Below, piece by piece: positions 13,501-25,098 of a stretch of DNA of 64,000 bases. Position 1 is the stretch's first letter; each line of letters starts with the position of its first letter. The notes under the pieces were generated by a model that had not been told where the DNA came from, did not search any database, and was given only the letters and a program-made list of their open reading frames with translations. The DNA lies in contig JAYWIR010000011.1 of the NCBI GenBank assembly GCA_036172245.1, positions 2,046,001 through 2,110,000 of the forward strand, given 5' to 3'. Source of the DNA: Raillietiella orientalis. Its lineage: Eukaryota. Made by a program: the position numbers and the translations under genes.

Positions 13501-15994
13501 TGCTTCCTTGCAATATTAGTTCATATGTGTTGAAAGGATCCATCTTCATTTTGTTACCCCATGTGTATAACTTTCGGAATTAAGTCGCCTCGAAGATGCT
13601 TTAATTGCACTGGGCATTTTGTAAATGTTCATCTACTTATTTTGAGAATGTGTAAAATAAATAAAAAATACAAAAAGCAGTTGAAGGAAATTCTTCAGTT
13701 GTTTCTTGATTCTAAAGATTTTGAGTATTTCTGGTTTGGCCATTATTTCTTTTCACAGTATAAATTGTAAACTTATTTCAAAGCTTTTGAATCAGTTGAA
13801 TGATCAGATTTGTTGTAGGAATTCTCAAATTTCTGTCTTTTGAGCATGTGTCTTTGTCTGTGTTATTTGTTGCATGTATTTTTCTTGGTTTTATGATCTC
13901 TCATAGACAAGTTGACCTATTATTTTAGTTTAGCTTAAAATAAATTTGTTCAATTATGTCTAAGAATTTGTATTGATTGATTTATCAAGCATAATTGAGA
14001 TTTTGTCTCTTTAACCAACCTAGAATTAACCCATATGTTTAATATTGCAGCTGGTGGAGTTGTCCAAAGCTCAAGATATTGAAGCTGGTGATGGTACAAC
14101 AACTGTAGTCATTTTGGCTGGTAGTCTTCTGGATGCCTCACAAAAGCTAATGGCAAAGGGTATCCATCCCAGCATTATATCCGATTCATTCCTTAAGGCA
14201 GCCAATAAAAGTGTTGATATTCTTGCAGACATGGCGCGATCTATCGATATCGCAGATCGTGAATCCTTGTTAAAATCAGCAACAACAGCTTTGAATTCTA
14301 AGGTTAACTCTGTCCATTGTCGTGTTGGATTACTTCTTTATAGGTTGTGTCACAACATGCAAATATTCTGGCCCCAATTGCTGTAAATGCTGTGCTGAAA
14401 GTTATTGATCCTATAAAGGACACTGATGTAGACCTACATGTGAGTGACTCGTACTCTATGTGTAGATACTTTACATTGTTTCCACATGTTGATAATTTAT
14501 TCTTTAGGATATCAAAGTGATCACACGTCTTGGAGGTACTGTGGAGGATACTGAATTGGTGGATGGTCTTATATTGACTCAAAAGTCTCAGGGTATTGGT
14601 GGACCGAATCGTGTGGAGAAAGCACATATTGGCCTTATTCAGTTTTGTTTGTCAGCTCCCAAGACAGATGTCTGTTTATAATCCTCTTATTTGCATATTA
14701 ACAGTGTTTCTCTGCTAGATGGACAACCAAGTAATTGTTTCAGATTACACACAAATGGATCGTGTGCTTCGAGATGAGCGTGCTTATCTGCTCAATTTGG
14801 CTAAGCAGATAAAGAAGGCCAACTGCAATGTGCTGCTAATCCAGAAGTCCATATTAAGGTGTGTATTTTGCATTCGGAAGTGTAAATTCACATTGTTGCA
14901 GGGATGCTGTGAGTGATTTGTCCCTCCATTTCTTGGCCAAAATGAAAATCATGGTGATCAAAGATATAGAGAGGGAGGACATTGAGTTCATTAGCAAAAC
15001 ATTAGGGTGTCGTCCTATTGCCAGTATTGATCACTTTCATCCAGAATACCTAGGTTCAGCAGATTTGGTGGAAGAAGTGCAAGCAGGATCTCAAAAGCTT
15101 GTGAAGGTATCCAAAGGTGTTAACATTTACTTTGATATCATGTTTACCAGATTTCTGGGGTGCAAAACCCTGGAAAAACAGTGAGCATTCTTGTCCGCGG
15201 CTCCAATCGCATGGTTTTGGAGGAAGCTGCTAGATCACTGCATGATGCACTGTGTGTCATACGATGCCTCGTTAAAAAAAGGTTTGTTTTCGTATTTGAT
15301 CTCAGGTGCTGTAGCAGCAGCCATGATGCGAGAAAGTTGACATTTTCCTGATGTACAAGTGATTTCGTTTTTCCTCCGACTGAGTGTTTGTTATTCTCCG
15401 TAGCGGTTTTGCTCCGGGATGTTTGCCTTGAAAGTTGTATTTTCCAGAGCGCTGATAGCAGGTGGCGGGGCACCAGAGATCGAACTCTCCCTGCGTTTAA
15501 CGGAATATTCCTACTCGCTCACGGGAATCGAAGCATACTGCTTCCGGTGAGCAGCCTTCTCAGTGCGCGGATCACGGTGTGATTTGTTTAGTGCGTTTGC
15601 CGAAGCGATGGAAGTGGTGCCGTTAACCTTAGCAGAAAATGCAGGTTTGCATTCGATTTCCACGGTAACTGAGCTGCGAAGTCGACATGCGCATGGAGAA
15701 CTCACTGCCGGCTTCAACGTCCGCAAGGTGATTGAGAATTTCCTTTTTCTCTCTTTCGGGGAGAAGAAGAAGAAGAAGGAAAAAAAAAAAAAAAAAAAAC
15801 GGTTCATCTTCAGGGGGCCATCACGAACATTTTGGAAGAAAATGTCCTTCAGCCGCTGCTGGTTTCCACCAGTGCAGTTACTTTGGCCGCCGAAACTGTT
15901 CGTAGTATTCTGAAGATAGATGATATCGTAAGTCGAGTGCGGGTTCCGTAATACTTCTGCTTTAATTAAAACTTAGGTCAATGTCATCCGTTGA
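10505..15994 (+). CDS. CCT4: T-complex protein 1 subunit delta (chaperonin CCT/TRiC subunit 4), 13 exons, 534 aa
   Basis: Exons 10505-10613, 11222-11274, 11317-11406, 14051-14302, 14344-14439, 14508-14669, 14719-14858, 14902-15106, 15151-15281, 15448-15546, 15592-15727, 15814-15927, 15977-15994. All introns are GT-AG and the exons sum to 1605 nt in frame. Motifs: [27 protein letters not shown], delta-type [26 protein letters not shown] and ILKIDDIVN. Confidence 0.97.
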
Positions 15995-16015
15995 TTGAAA
16001 CTTTTGCATCATTGA

Positions 16016-16021
16016 AATAAA
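16016..16021 (+). promoter_or_regulatory. Polyadenylation signal of CCT4
   Basis: AATAAA 21 nt after the CCT4 stop codon. Confidence 0.65.
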
Positions 16022-16470
16022 CCATTTTTGGATCTTTCACACATCCTTGTTGTTATTGCTTCATTCACATCCGTCATGTTTCCGAGTCTTGTAACATGTA
16101 AGGGGTCGCGTTATCCCATTTCTGGAAATTCGAGCCAGAATTTATTCAAAAAGACGTGTGAGGAATTTTTTTTTTTTTTCTCGCATCAATGGGAAGCTCG
16201 GAGCGCGCACGAATAGCTCCGGAGTCGATCTCTAGTGGCCTCCGGCAACGACCATCTCACTTCGCCTCACCATCCGGCTGCTCTGCAGCGTGATGCCGAA
16301 CACATGATGGGGTTTCCTGGAAAGCCTGTGATTGGTCCTTGTCCCTCGGGCTTGTTTGTGTGTGTTGTGAGGGTTGGTGGAAGGCACATTCTTTCGTCGC
16401 TTTTGTGTCAGCGTGTTCGATACCCGAGTGCACGCGCTGGGAGAGTGTCGGAACCGCAGGAAGAGCCACC

Positions 16471-17604
16471 ATGTTGAACGTGTTCTCCGGGCTGTCGACG
16501 AATTTCAGAGCGAAGAACTCCCCGCGTGTCGACACCACAGTGTTCAAGCTGCACTACAAAGTTTCGGTTTCGATTTTGTTGGCGTGCTGTGTATTGGTTT
16601 GCAGTCGCCAGTTCATTGGCGATCCGATCAAGTGCATTCTGGACAGCAAGCTGCCCATCAACGTCATCAACACCTACTGCTGGATAAGTTCGACGTTTTC
16701 CGTTCCGTATTACTGGAATGCCGCCCTGGGCACGCACGCTGCTCATCCCGGAGTTGGACCGGACGCGGACAGAGAGACTCAGTACCATGCCTACTATCAG
16801 TGGGTCCCCTTTGTGCTTTTCCTGCAAGCCGTGATGTTTTACTTTCCTCACTGGTTTTGGAAGCTGTGGGATAAGGGGAAAGTGAGTGGCATCATGCTGG
16901 GGCTGGATTCCGTGTCGCTGATCTTGCGCGAAGGCGATAGGAAAGAGAAGACAAAGAGGCTCGTCCATTATTTCATGCGGTCCATACATCAGCACAACAG
17001 CTGGGCCTACGGGTTTTTCCTTTGCGAGGTCCTGAACCTGCTGAATGTAATCGGGAACATCCACTTCACGGACAAGTTCCTGGGATATCAGTTTTCAAGG
17101 CTTGGCGTGCAGGCGATCAAACACCTGAGTGACGATCCGGAAAACCGAACGGATCCCCTGACCCTCGTGTTCCCCAGGTTGACCAAGTGTGCCTTCCACA
17201 CGTTCGGCCCCTCCGGCACTGTGCAGAAACACGATGCTTTGTGCGTCTTGGCCACCAACATCATTAACGAGAAGATTTACACGTTCCTTTGGTTCTGGTT
17301 CGTGCTGTTGGCCGCCATCACTGCCTGCCACATCGTGTACAGACTCGTAACTCTCTTTTCTCGAAAATTCCGGAAACTGTTGATGGAGAAAAAGGGACGC
17401 TTGTCCAAGCTGACAACTGTGGAAGTCATCAACGAAAAGTGCGATGTAGGAGATTGGTTGCTGATTTATTATCTTGGCGATAATATGGATCCCTTTGTAT
17501 ACAGGGAATTTTTAAAGGAACTTGCCCATTCCATGGAAAATACCGGGTACTTAGTCAGTGCCTTTTCCGTGATGGATAAATCGCACGGAAACTCCAAAAT
17601 CTAA
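16471..17604 (+). CDS. inx: Innexin (gap junction/hemichannel protein), single coding exon, 377 aa; arthropod inx2/inx3/inx7-like
   Basis: ATG in a GCCACC-ATG context. Innexin motifs: VFKLHYK, SRQFIGDPIKC, INTYCWI, YYQWVPFVLFLQA, FPRLTKC, GPSG..QKHDALCVL, NEKIYTFLWFWF, GDW. Four hydrophobic segments. The ORF-track start at 16339 is an upstream TTG extension. Confidence 0.97.
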   Translation: MLNVFSGLSTNFRAKNSPRVDTTVFKLHYKVSVSILLACCVLVCSRQFIGDPIKCILDSKLPINVINTYCWISSTFSVPYYWNAALGTHAAHPGVGPDADRETQYHAYYQWVPFVLFLQAVMFYFPHWFWKLWDKGKVSGIMLGLDSVSLILREGDRKEKTKRLVHYFMRSIHQHNSWAYGFFLCEVLNLLNVIGNIHFTDKFLGYQFSRLGVQAIKHLSDDPENRTDPLTLVFPRLTKCAFHTFGPSGTVQKHDALCVLATNIINEKIYTFLWFWFVLLAAITACHIVYRLVTLFSRKFRKLLMEKKGRLSKLTTVEVINEKCDVGDWLLIYYLGDNMDPFVYREFLKELAHSMENTGYLVSAFSVMDKSHGNSKI

Positions 17605-20600
17605 ACGATGCATTCATTCCGAGCATCTTTGAGCCACCCGATCATCTCTAAGGGTTTTTTCGTTCGTACAGTGCTTGGAGATTCCCCGACGTTTTCAAAG
17701 TGGGGCTTTGGACCACGGCGTGGTGTGTGCCACCCTGTGTACTTTTCCGTGAAGATTGGTGACCCCTTCTGGAACACTATGGTGCGAGTGCGGTGCGACC
17801 CAGCCTTAGATCGTGTTCCACGAGTCACGCCGTGAAAAGTCCTCCGCACCGGCGGCGACCCTGTCGAGTCAGCGTCGCCCGGCCCGAAGGCACGCGATTT
17901 AAGCGCTGCGAGCGATGTGAATACCGAATGTCCCTTGCGCGGGAACTCGAATCATGCGTGCCAGGTTGTTTTCCGTTCAAATATATAAATTGGTGGCAAG
18001 AATTCTGCAGAATGGATGCTTCTTTGTTCGCTTCCGCGCTCGCATCCTCCCTCCCTTTCCCTCCTGCCCTCCCGCCCCTGAGGAAACGTTGCATTCGATG
18101 CGGACCCATTCCAACAAAAGCCTAGCAGCGTCTCTGCATTCTGTTTGGACGCGGGCCGGCACCATGTGCGAGCTCTGACAATCCTTTTTTTTTTTACTTT
18201 TTTTTTTTACTTTTTTTTGGGGGGGGGGAGTGGGAGGGGGGCGATCAGTTTTGCCATCAGTTCCAGTTTCGGTGTAAACTGTTTCCTGTGGCTCCGAGCG
18301 CTTTCGTTTCGAGATGCGCATCTCTTTGTGAGTGTTTCCATAGTAGCCTTGCTTGTTGTAGGAGTTGGTAATACTAGCTAAGTATCACTGCCAAGGAAAA
18401 TAAACGACACATTTTGTGAAGGAACAAGGACTTCTCGTTATTTATTCGAATCGCGGACGAAGGAGGAGGCGCGAGTGAGAGGATCGCGCGGTGGTTGCGT
18501 AACCGTCGAGAGGAACGAGGCAAACCTCTGGACCTAAAGTCTCCCGACATTGCGGTCGGGATCCGGGATTCCTTCCGTTTGCGAGGGAGGCCATGGCTGA
18601 TCGCAGATGTGTGCGAAACACACACACACACACACACACGTTGGAAACTCGGAGAGAGTTCTCGAAAACGAAAACCTGAAAGCGAAACTTGCCGTCGTAA
18701 AAACCACCCGTTCTTGGGTTACCGGAAAACCTCTGGAAAGGAGAAGCGGAGAAGCAAAGTGGAGGAGAGAAATCCAATGCTCTCGCTCTCGTTCCCCTCG
18801 TAGCGGCGGGAGAAGCAATTCACCCGTCGCGAAGGAGTAAAGCAGAATTTCATTTGGTCCGTGAGGTCGCTTCGCCGGGGGGATACGAAGCGACACGGTC
18901 GAATCGGATGCCAACACGAGGCTCGTTGCTGATTTCGATCGCTCAGACGTCTCAGGAAAAAAAAAGACGGAACCCGAGAGGAGGAAGATCCAAAGCAGCG
19001 CGGAAGCGATCCTCGAAGACGCGTCCCTCTGATTCCGATAGAAAAAGGCCGCTTTGGTCCGGAAGCGGAAACAGCTCCCGTCATCCATCGTTTGCGCGCA
19101 AATGATGTTGCGGCGCGCGCTGTGAGTCGACGCGCGCGAGGGGTAGACAGGGGGAAGAGGCGCGCAAGCATTCGTGAAGGCACGGGGACAGCTGCAGGGA
19201 TGTCTTCCCAAGCAGGCGTACGCCTGACCCCCTGGCTTCGGGGGCAACAGGCACAAGAAGCAGGTGGGTGCGCTCTCTCCGAGCGGTTGCGTGGTAGCGT
19301 GCGCAACCCCTGTGCGTGTGAACGTCGGCTCCCCCTCCCTCCCTTCGCTGCGAGGTGGGTCGGCTCGGAGATTCCAGGAACCGCTTCGCTTCCTTCGTTA
19401 CCGTCCCTTCGAAGAACGGGATCGCTCTTGTGGAACCGGGTTCCGATCCATGGTGTAGCTGAGCGCATCGGATGCCTGGGCTTCTTGCTTGCCTCCCGGA
19501 AACGGGACTTTCGGTTCAGCAAACACTCGTTTGAGTGGTGCGCTCAAGCACTGGAGAATTCGTTGCGGATGTCAATCCCGCATCAGCACGTTCGGGTTCG
19601 TCTGCCTCCTGGCAGCGGACCCAAGGGATTCGGGGTATCAGAGCCGCCTGCTGCAGGTTGCGTGGCAGTCTCGACCCGGTTCGATCGGGGGTGAATCCTT
19701 TAGGGATGTGTCTCCTGAGGATTCCTTCCGTTTGCAGGGGAAGCCGTTCCGGAGCGTCGTTCCCGTGATCCCGTGCAGTGCGTTCGCACAGCGGGTTCAC
19801 GAGCGGGCGTCCCTCCCAACGGGAGGAATTTCAGCTCGGTCTGTGCCAAAGATTTCGGGGCTTCCTCGCCGCTCCCTTTTCCCGCCGATTCGAGTCCCCC
19901 GCAGATGTTTCCCCTCGACGTTCATCTGACGCGGAAGGTGCCCTGCGCAAATCCTGCTCGCATGCAAGGAAAGCGGAGCTGCTGCCACGCGAGGCATAAC
20001 GCCTCAACGGTTTCTTCGCGGGCCGCGTCGAGTCGAGGCCGCGCGGGCAGGCAGTTTCACCACCGCACCCGTGGAGCCAGTCAGCACCAGTGGATCGCCT
20101 TCCTCAAGGGCTGGCTGGAGACTGTCTTCTTCTTCCTCCTCCTCTTGTTCTTCCTCTTCACGGGTTCCCATTCTTGTGCGCTGCCAAAATCGCTTGTTTG
20201 CAAACGGTGGAGTCTCGACGAGCTCGATAGCTGTCTCTAACTCCGGAGGCAACTACTTGTGGAACTCGCTGCTCGTTGGAACCTCAACGGCTGGTAATTG
20301 GAGACGAAGGATAAGACGTGTTTCTTCTGCGTGCCACGGAAGGTGCGCTCAGCACGAGCTCTTGAAAGAGGGGAGAGGGGAACAAAAAAAAAAAAAAAAG
20401 AAAATCTCGGAGATGCCGGCGCCGATTCCAAGGACGGGGCCGGGCGAGTTCCGCGGTTCGCTGACTGCTTGCTGCCGCAGACGTCGAGAGAGAGGAAGGA
20501 ATTCCGGAGGCGGGAGACCCTCGGCTTCGCGCCGACCGTTGGGTGCGCCCATCGCTCGCTGGCGGCTTCGAAAGACACCCTATTTTGGATCCTTCCTCGA

Positions 20601-22799
20601 GGTGGAGAACCTCAGGGCGGACAAGGAATCCATCGTGGCCTGCCGCTGATTCGGCCGCCCTTCCTCAAGCGGTCCGTTCAACTCTGGACCCGAATCCGAA
20701 CTACCCTGGTTGATTTTCCCTTCTTCTTTGCGTGCTCGCGGCGACCGCGAATCACGACGACAGCGCCTTCGAGAGACGCTCGCCCTGGGCGGTTGCCATC
20801 CCTACTGGATTCTTCCAAGCCAATTGCGTCTGGAGCGGCAGTGGCGAGTTGGTTTCTGCTGATCACACGAGCTGCATCTCACCCAAGTTTTCTCCGGGGA
20901 GGAGGATCACGTGACTGTTTCGCGGGAAGGCTCTCGGCGGGCTTCGCAGCCGTCCGTCGGGATGCGACAATTCATTTCCCTCCCCCCCTTCCCCGACCCT
21001 ACACGAAATGTGGATAATGTGTTCGTAGGCGGCGAATGTATGCACACGCTCTCGGACATGTTGCCTATTTATCACATGTGCCCATTCATTGTATTACTCC
21101 CGCTATCTGCCCCTTCCATAGCGACCGCGAGACGGCGAGCTTTTCCGCTGGTCCAAGACATAGGAAATGGGCGAAGACCGTTCGACGTGGGAAGGTTCCT
21201 AGGAAGAGGAAGCTCTTCCCTGGTCCGGATTTCGGCTGTGTCTTCGGGAACGGGGGGAGCGGGTGGCACTCTCAGACAGGAAGGGGAAGGGGAATCAAAT
21301 CATGGAGGTCGAGGATTCTTGATCCCTTCCCGACTGCGCACGTCCCTAGACTGGAATGTTTAGGAGGAGGCAAAGTGGGGGGGATTTTCTTTCCCAGGGT
21401 GCAGCGGAGATGCAGACGGAGAAGCAACGGTAGCCAGTTCCGCCTTCCTCCTCTTCTTCCTTCTTCCCTCCCTTCCTCTCTTCTGCTTCCCTTCTTCCGT
21501 AGCTTCTCCTCCTCGAAGAGAAGGATAGTACTCTCTCTAACACGGATCTCAAGGCTTCTCGCAGTCTGACCTGCATCTCCCCCCTCCCCTCACCGCTTTT
21601 TTCCCGACATCTCCTGCACCGTCTGCCTCCTCCTCTGGCGCTTACGAGAGACCGCTGCCAATTCGTCTCTCTCGTCTGGAGGCCTTCGTGTTGATGACCG
21701 AGGAGCAGGTTCACCGCCCTTCCCCGCGAGTCTAGGATCCGGGCCTGCTGTCGGAACGCGCTTTGCTGCATTAGTTGTTGCTGTTGACGTTGCTGCTGTT
21801 GTTTCGCGCGCTTATTGTTCTTGTTCGGCATTTCCCGCTCCTAAGTGCGCGTCTCGCGGGAAGCCTCGCTCGGCCGGTGCCGCCTCCCTACCAAGCACGT
21901 AGCCCCGGGCGGCGGGCTCCAGACGGATTTCCGCGTGACGAGATTTCGGGAGAGGGCGCAGCAGCAGCAGCAGCAGCAACCCTTCCCCAGGGACTGCCAC
22001 CCTGGACCGGTTTCGGTCCTTGCGGCGTCCGGGGACGCGTCGCTGACTGGAGATCCCTGCCATCCCGGAGGTGTCCCACGTCCTCGCTCTCGTCAGGAGC
22101 AGGAGCTCCTCTCCTCCGACGCCACCGCCAGACGGCTCAACTCCTCGGCAGCCGGAATGGCAAAAGTCGCTCCGTTTTTCTCAGTGGCTGAGCCGACCAG
22201 CCCCATGGGCGCCCACCCCTTTCTCTCTCTCTCTTTCTCTCTCTTTTTTTTTTTTTTAAAAAAAGGGAAGGAAGGGAGGAAGGAAAAGGACGCTTCTCTG
22301 CTCCAAAATTCCGCTCAGGTGCATCTGCCTTCTGAAGGAGAAGTCGCACTTCGAATTGATTTGTGGAGTCGCGAATGTGCAGTTTCCAATTTTAGAACCT
22401 GGGCCTCCGCTTGACCAGCCTGTGGGGTGACCTTCACGACGCTGATCACTCGAGGCGCTAGGAGTGCATGTTTTTTTTCTTTTCCCTTTCCTTTTTTTCC
22501 ATGGATGAAAGGATGAGCGTCCCGGGTGTGGTCTTCCAGGACCAGTGTCCTTCGTAACGCGCGCGCGCACAGCTGCCGTCTTCCTCCGCGCTTTCTCATT
22601 CTTCGATTCCCGCCCGATTTTTCTCGAGCGAGGAGGAACGACTCCCCGGACCCCCTTCCTATCTGAGTGCAACCCGCCTTAGTGGCTGACGCCACGGGGC
22701 GATCCGTCGTTTTTCCGAGGTGCCCTGCGAGTCAGAACTGCCTTTCTCCCTCCCTCCCCGGTCCTTGCCAAGAAAAGTAAAAAAAAAGTCTGAAAGTAG

Positions 22800-23905
22800 A
22801 AAAAAAGGCGGAGAAAATCGCGACCGGCGCGAACAAAAAATCCAAGCCGCTTCCCGAAAGTCTCCTTAAGTGCTCGGTGGCACCGGAGCGCGTCGCCGTT
22901 CCGGAAGCCGCCACCCGGGGCGACATTCCTCCCCCCGCTGTCTCCGCCGCGCCCGATGTTCGCGAAGGCGCATCTTCTATTTGTACAGAAGGTGAGCCGC
23001 GAGACGCGCCCGCCGACAGCGAGGAACCGCCTTCGAAAAAGCGGCAGAAGAGCTCGCGGCCACTCTGGCCGAGCGTGAGAATCCCTGGTGCAAGGCCGCG
23101 CGAAGGCCGGCTCCGGTGAAGGCGGCCCTACCCAGGTGAGTGCGACCGGGAGGCCGGAAATTCATCCTCCTCCGCGGAGGCACTCCCCCGGAAGTCGGGA
23201 CGCAAGTCCCAGAAACCGAAGAGGTGCATTCCGCCTCCGAGCGAGTGGGATGGACCGGACGCCGCGGAAGTCGACGGCAGCGTGGGAACCCCGGATGGGA
23301 ATCTTCCACGCGCGGAAGCCGGCGAGCAGGCGACCCCCATGGAGGAGGGTGAGCAGGGGGGTGAAGTCCTCCCTGCATGCGTCGCTCCTGAACAGCCCGC
23401 CCCCATGGAGGAGGGCGAACAGGTAGGCGAGACACCCCCTACATGCGACACGCCTGACGTGCCAACCACCATGGAGGAAGGGGAGCAGGTGCGCTAGGCG
23501 CCCCCCCCTCCTAGCGTCCCGGCCAGCAGATGGTGGGAGCCGCAACGCCACTTTCCCAGGATTAACACCTGGGGTCGCCTGTCGCCGTCGGATCCGCGTG
23601 GTCAGTTGGAACGTCAACGGGCTGCTCAACGACGGCAATAGACGGGACACAGCTGCCACCCTGCGAGAATTCGACCTGGCGCTCCTGCAGGAGATCCACG
23701 TGATCACCTCAGCAGACATCCTGGAAATCGAAACCATCGCGGGGGGTCGGTTGTACTGAGATGCAGCGCCCGGAACACCTGTGGGGTCGCGTTCTTTTTG
23801 AAGCGAGCCATCAACGCTGCCGTGAAGGGCGTAAGCTTTGAGGACGACGGTCGAGTCGGCCAACTGACTCTCAGATGGTCCGACTCGATCTGCCTCATCG
23901 TCAGG
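22800..23905 (+). mobile_element. L1/Tx1-like non-LTR retrotransposon relic: ORF1 C-terminal region plus N-terminal APE endonuclease of ORF2
   Basis: A disordered P/E-rich frame ends at TAG 23497. It is followed by RIRVVSWNVNGL...FDLALLQEIH (APE motifs WNVxGL and LQE) at ~23590-23700, then stops and frameshifts. Confidence 0.8.
23335..23492 (+). repeat. 66-bp tandem repeat (~2.4 copies) in the ORF1 tail, encoding (P/T)MEEGEQ
   Basis: CCATGGAGGARGGNGARCAGG recurs at 66-nt spacing (~23337, 23403, 23469). Confidence 0.85.
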
Positions 23906-24476
23906 AACCCACGTTGGTGACGATGAGGTACCAACGACCCACCAACCAGCATCCCACGTTGCACCAACCGCAGCCAGCGACGACTTCGTCCTGTTCACCC
24001 GTAGTCCTGTCCCGCGGCTCAGCAAGTCGAAGAACTCCTCGACTGCGGCTGCCGGGGTGGACATGGGCAACAAGAGCAGAAGATCGTCCGCGTACGCTGG
24101 TACAGCGGGCGTGCCGGGGCACGAACTCGGCAAGGCAGCCAAAGTTGCCCTGTACGCTCTCAGCACCAACTCGAAGTAGGTGCTAAAGAGCAGGGGACTC
24201 AGGCTATTGCCCTGCCTTATCCCGCGGCTCACCGGCACGCCGTACACATTCTGACTGCTGAAAAAAACGTTTATGATCGCACTGCGCCAGCAAGAGCTCA
24301 GGTAGGTCAGAAGGGAGGGTGGGAAGCCCATGCGATCCAGGAGCTCCAGAAGGAGTTCCTGGTCCACGCAATCGAACGCTTTATGGAGATCGACTGCGAT
24401 TGCTAGGGCCCCTTTTCCCTCCCGGTCGTCCCTTCCCTGACCGGCTGGCGCCCCCAAATTAGGGTTGCCGACAATT
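23905..24476 (-). mobile_element. Reverse transcriptase core of the L1/Tx1-like element, inverted relative to its flanks
   Basis: Minus-strand frame with AVDLHKAFDCVD, GIRQGNSLSPLLF, AYADDLLL and TGLRVNRTKS, the standard non-LTR RT motifs. Confidence 0.93.
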
Positions 24477-24479
24477 GGT

Positions 24480-25098
24480 TTTCCTTTATTGTCTGACACG
24501 GGAGAGAATACATCCTGAGTGTGCTAGGTGCGGGGAGCGGAAGACCCTCCCCCACCTGATAGTTGACTATCTTGCTCTCCGACCCCTTTGGGAACGTTTC
24601 GGCACGACCCTTGGGATTCCGGTGGGCAGCTCTCCGAGAGACGTTTTCCGGCTTCTCTTCGTGCGGGACGCCCTGAAGCCAGCCGCAGCCCTGGCAGCAC
24701 TTTGCTGCATCCGTGGGATTGTGGCGGCCTGGAGTGAAGCCGACGATGAAAACCAGAACGATAGGGACGTCATCCCGTATGCTGTTTCGCTTCTTGCAGA
24801 GAGCAACCGGATGGCCTCAACTGTGTGGAATGCAGAAGGACTTCGAGGGCATCTTGCAAAGGATGGACCCTCCTCCCAGTGGCCAGTGATCCCTTCCCGA
24901 CCCTCCGAAATCTAGTTTTTTTTCTTTATGTTTTATTTTTATTTTTGTTTTTTCCCCCATTCCCTTCCACTGCCGAGGATAGTCACCTCGGTCTGCGTAC
25001 CGGTGACCTGGCAGGTCCAGAATTGTGTTGGCCGTAGTGGGGCCTTGTACCACATTTATAAGAGAATTTCAATAAACGCCCCGGCGTACCCGGGTGGC
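24480..25098 (+). mobile_element. 3' end of L1/Tx1-like element, copy 1 (zinc-binding C-terminus plus 3' UTR)
   Basis: CARCGERKTLPHLIVD (CxxC..ETxxHL zf-RVT-like), stop at 24915, T-rich tract, and a 3' UTR homologous to copies 2-4. Confidence 0.85.

Noticed and set aside
23162..24499. Intact 445-aa reverse transcriptase gene
   Set aside because: Only 24476-23905 is RT. The rest is antisense read-through of endonuclease and ORF1 sequence.
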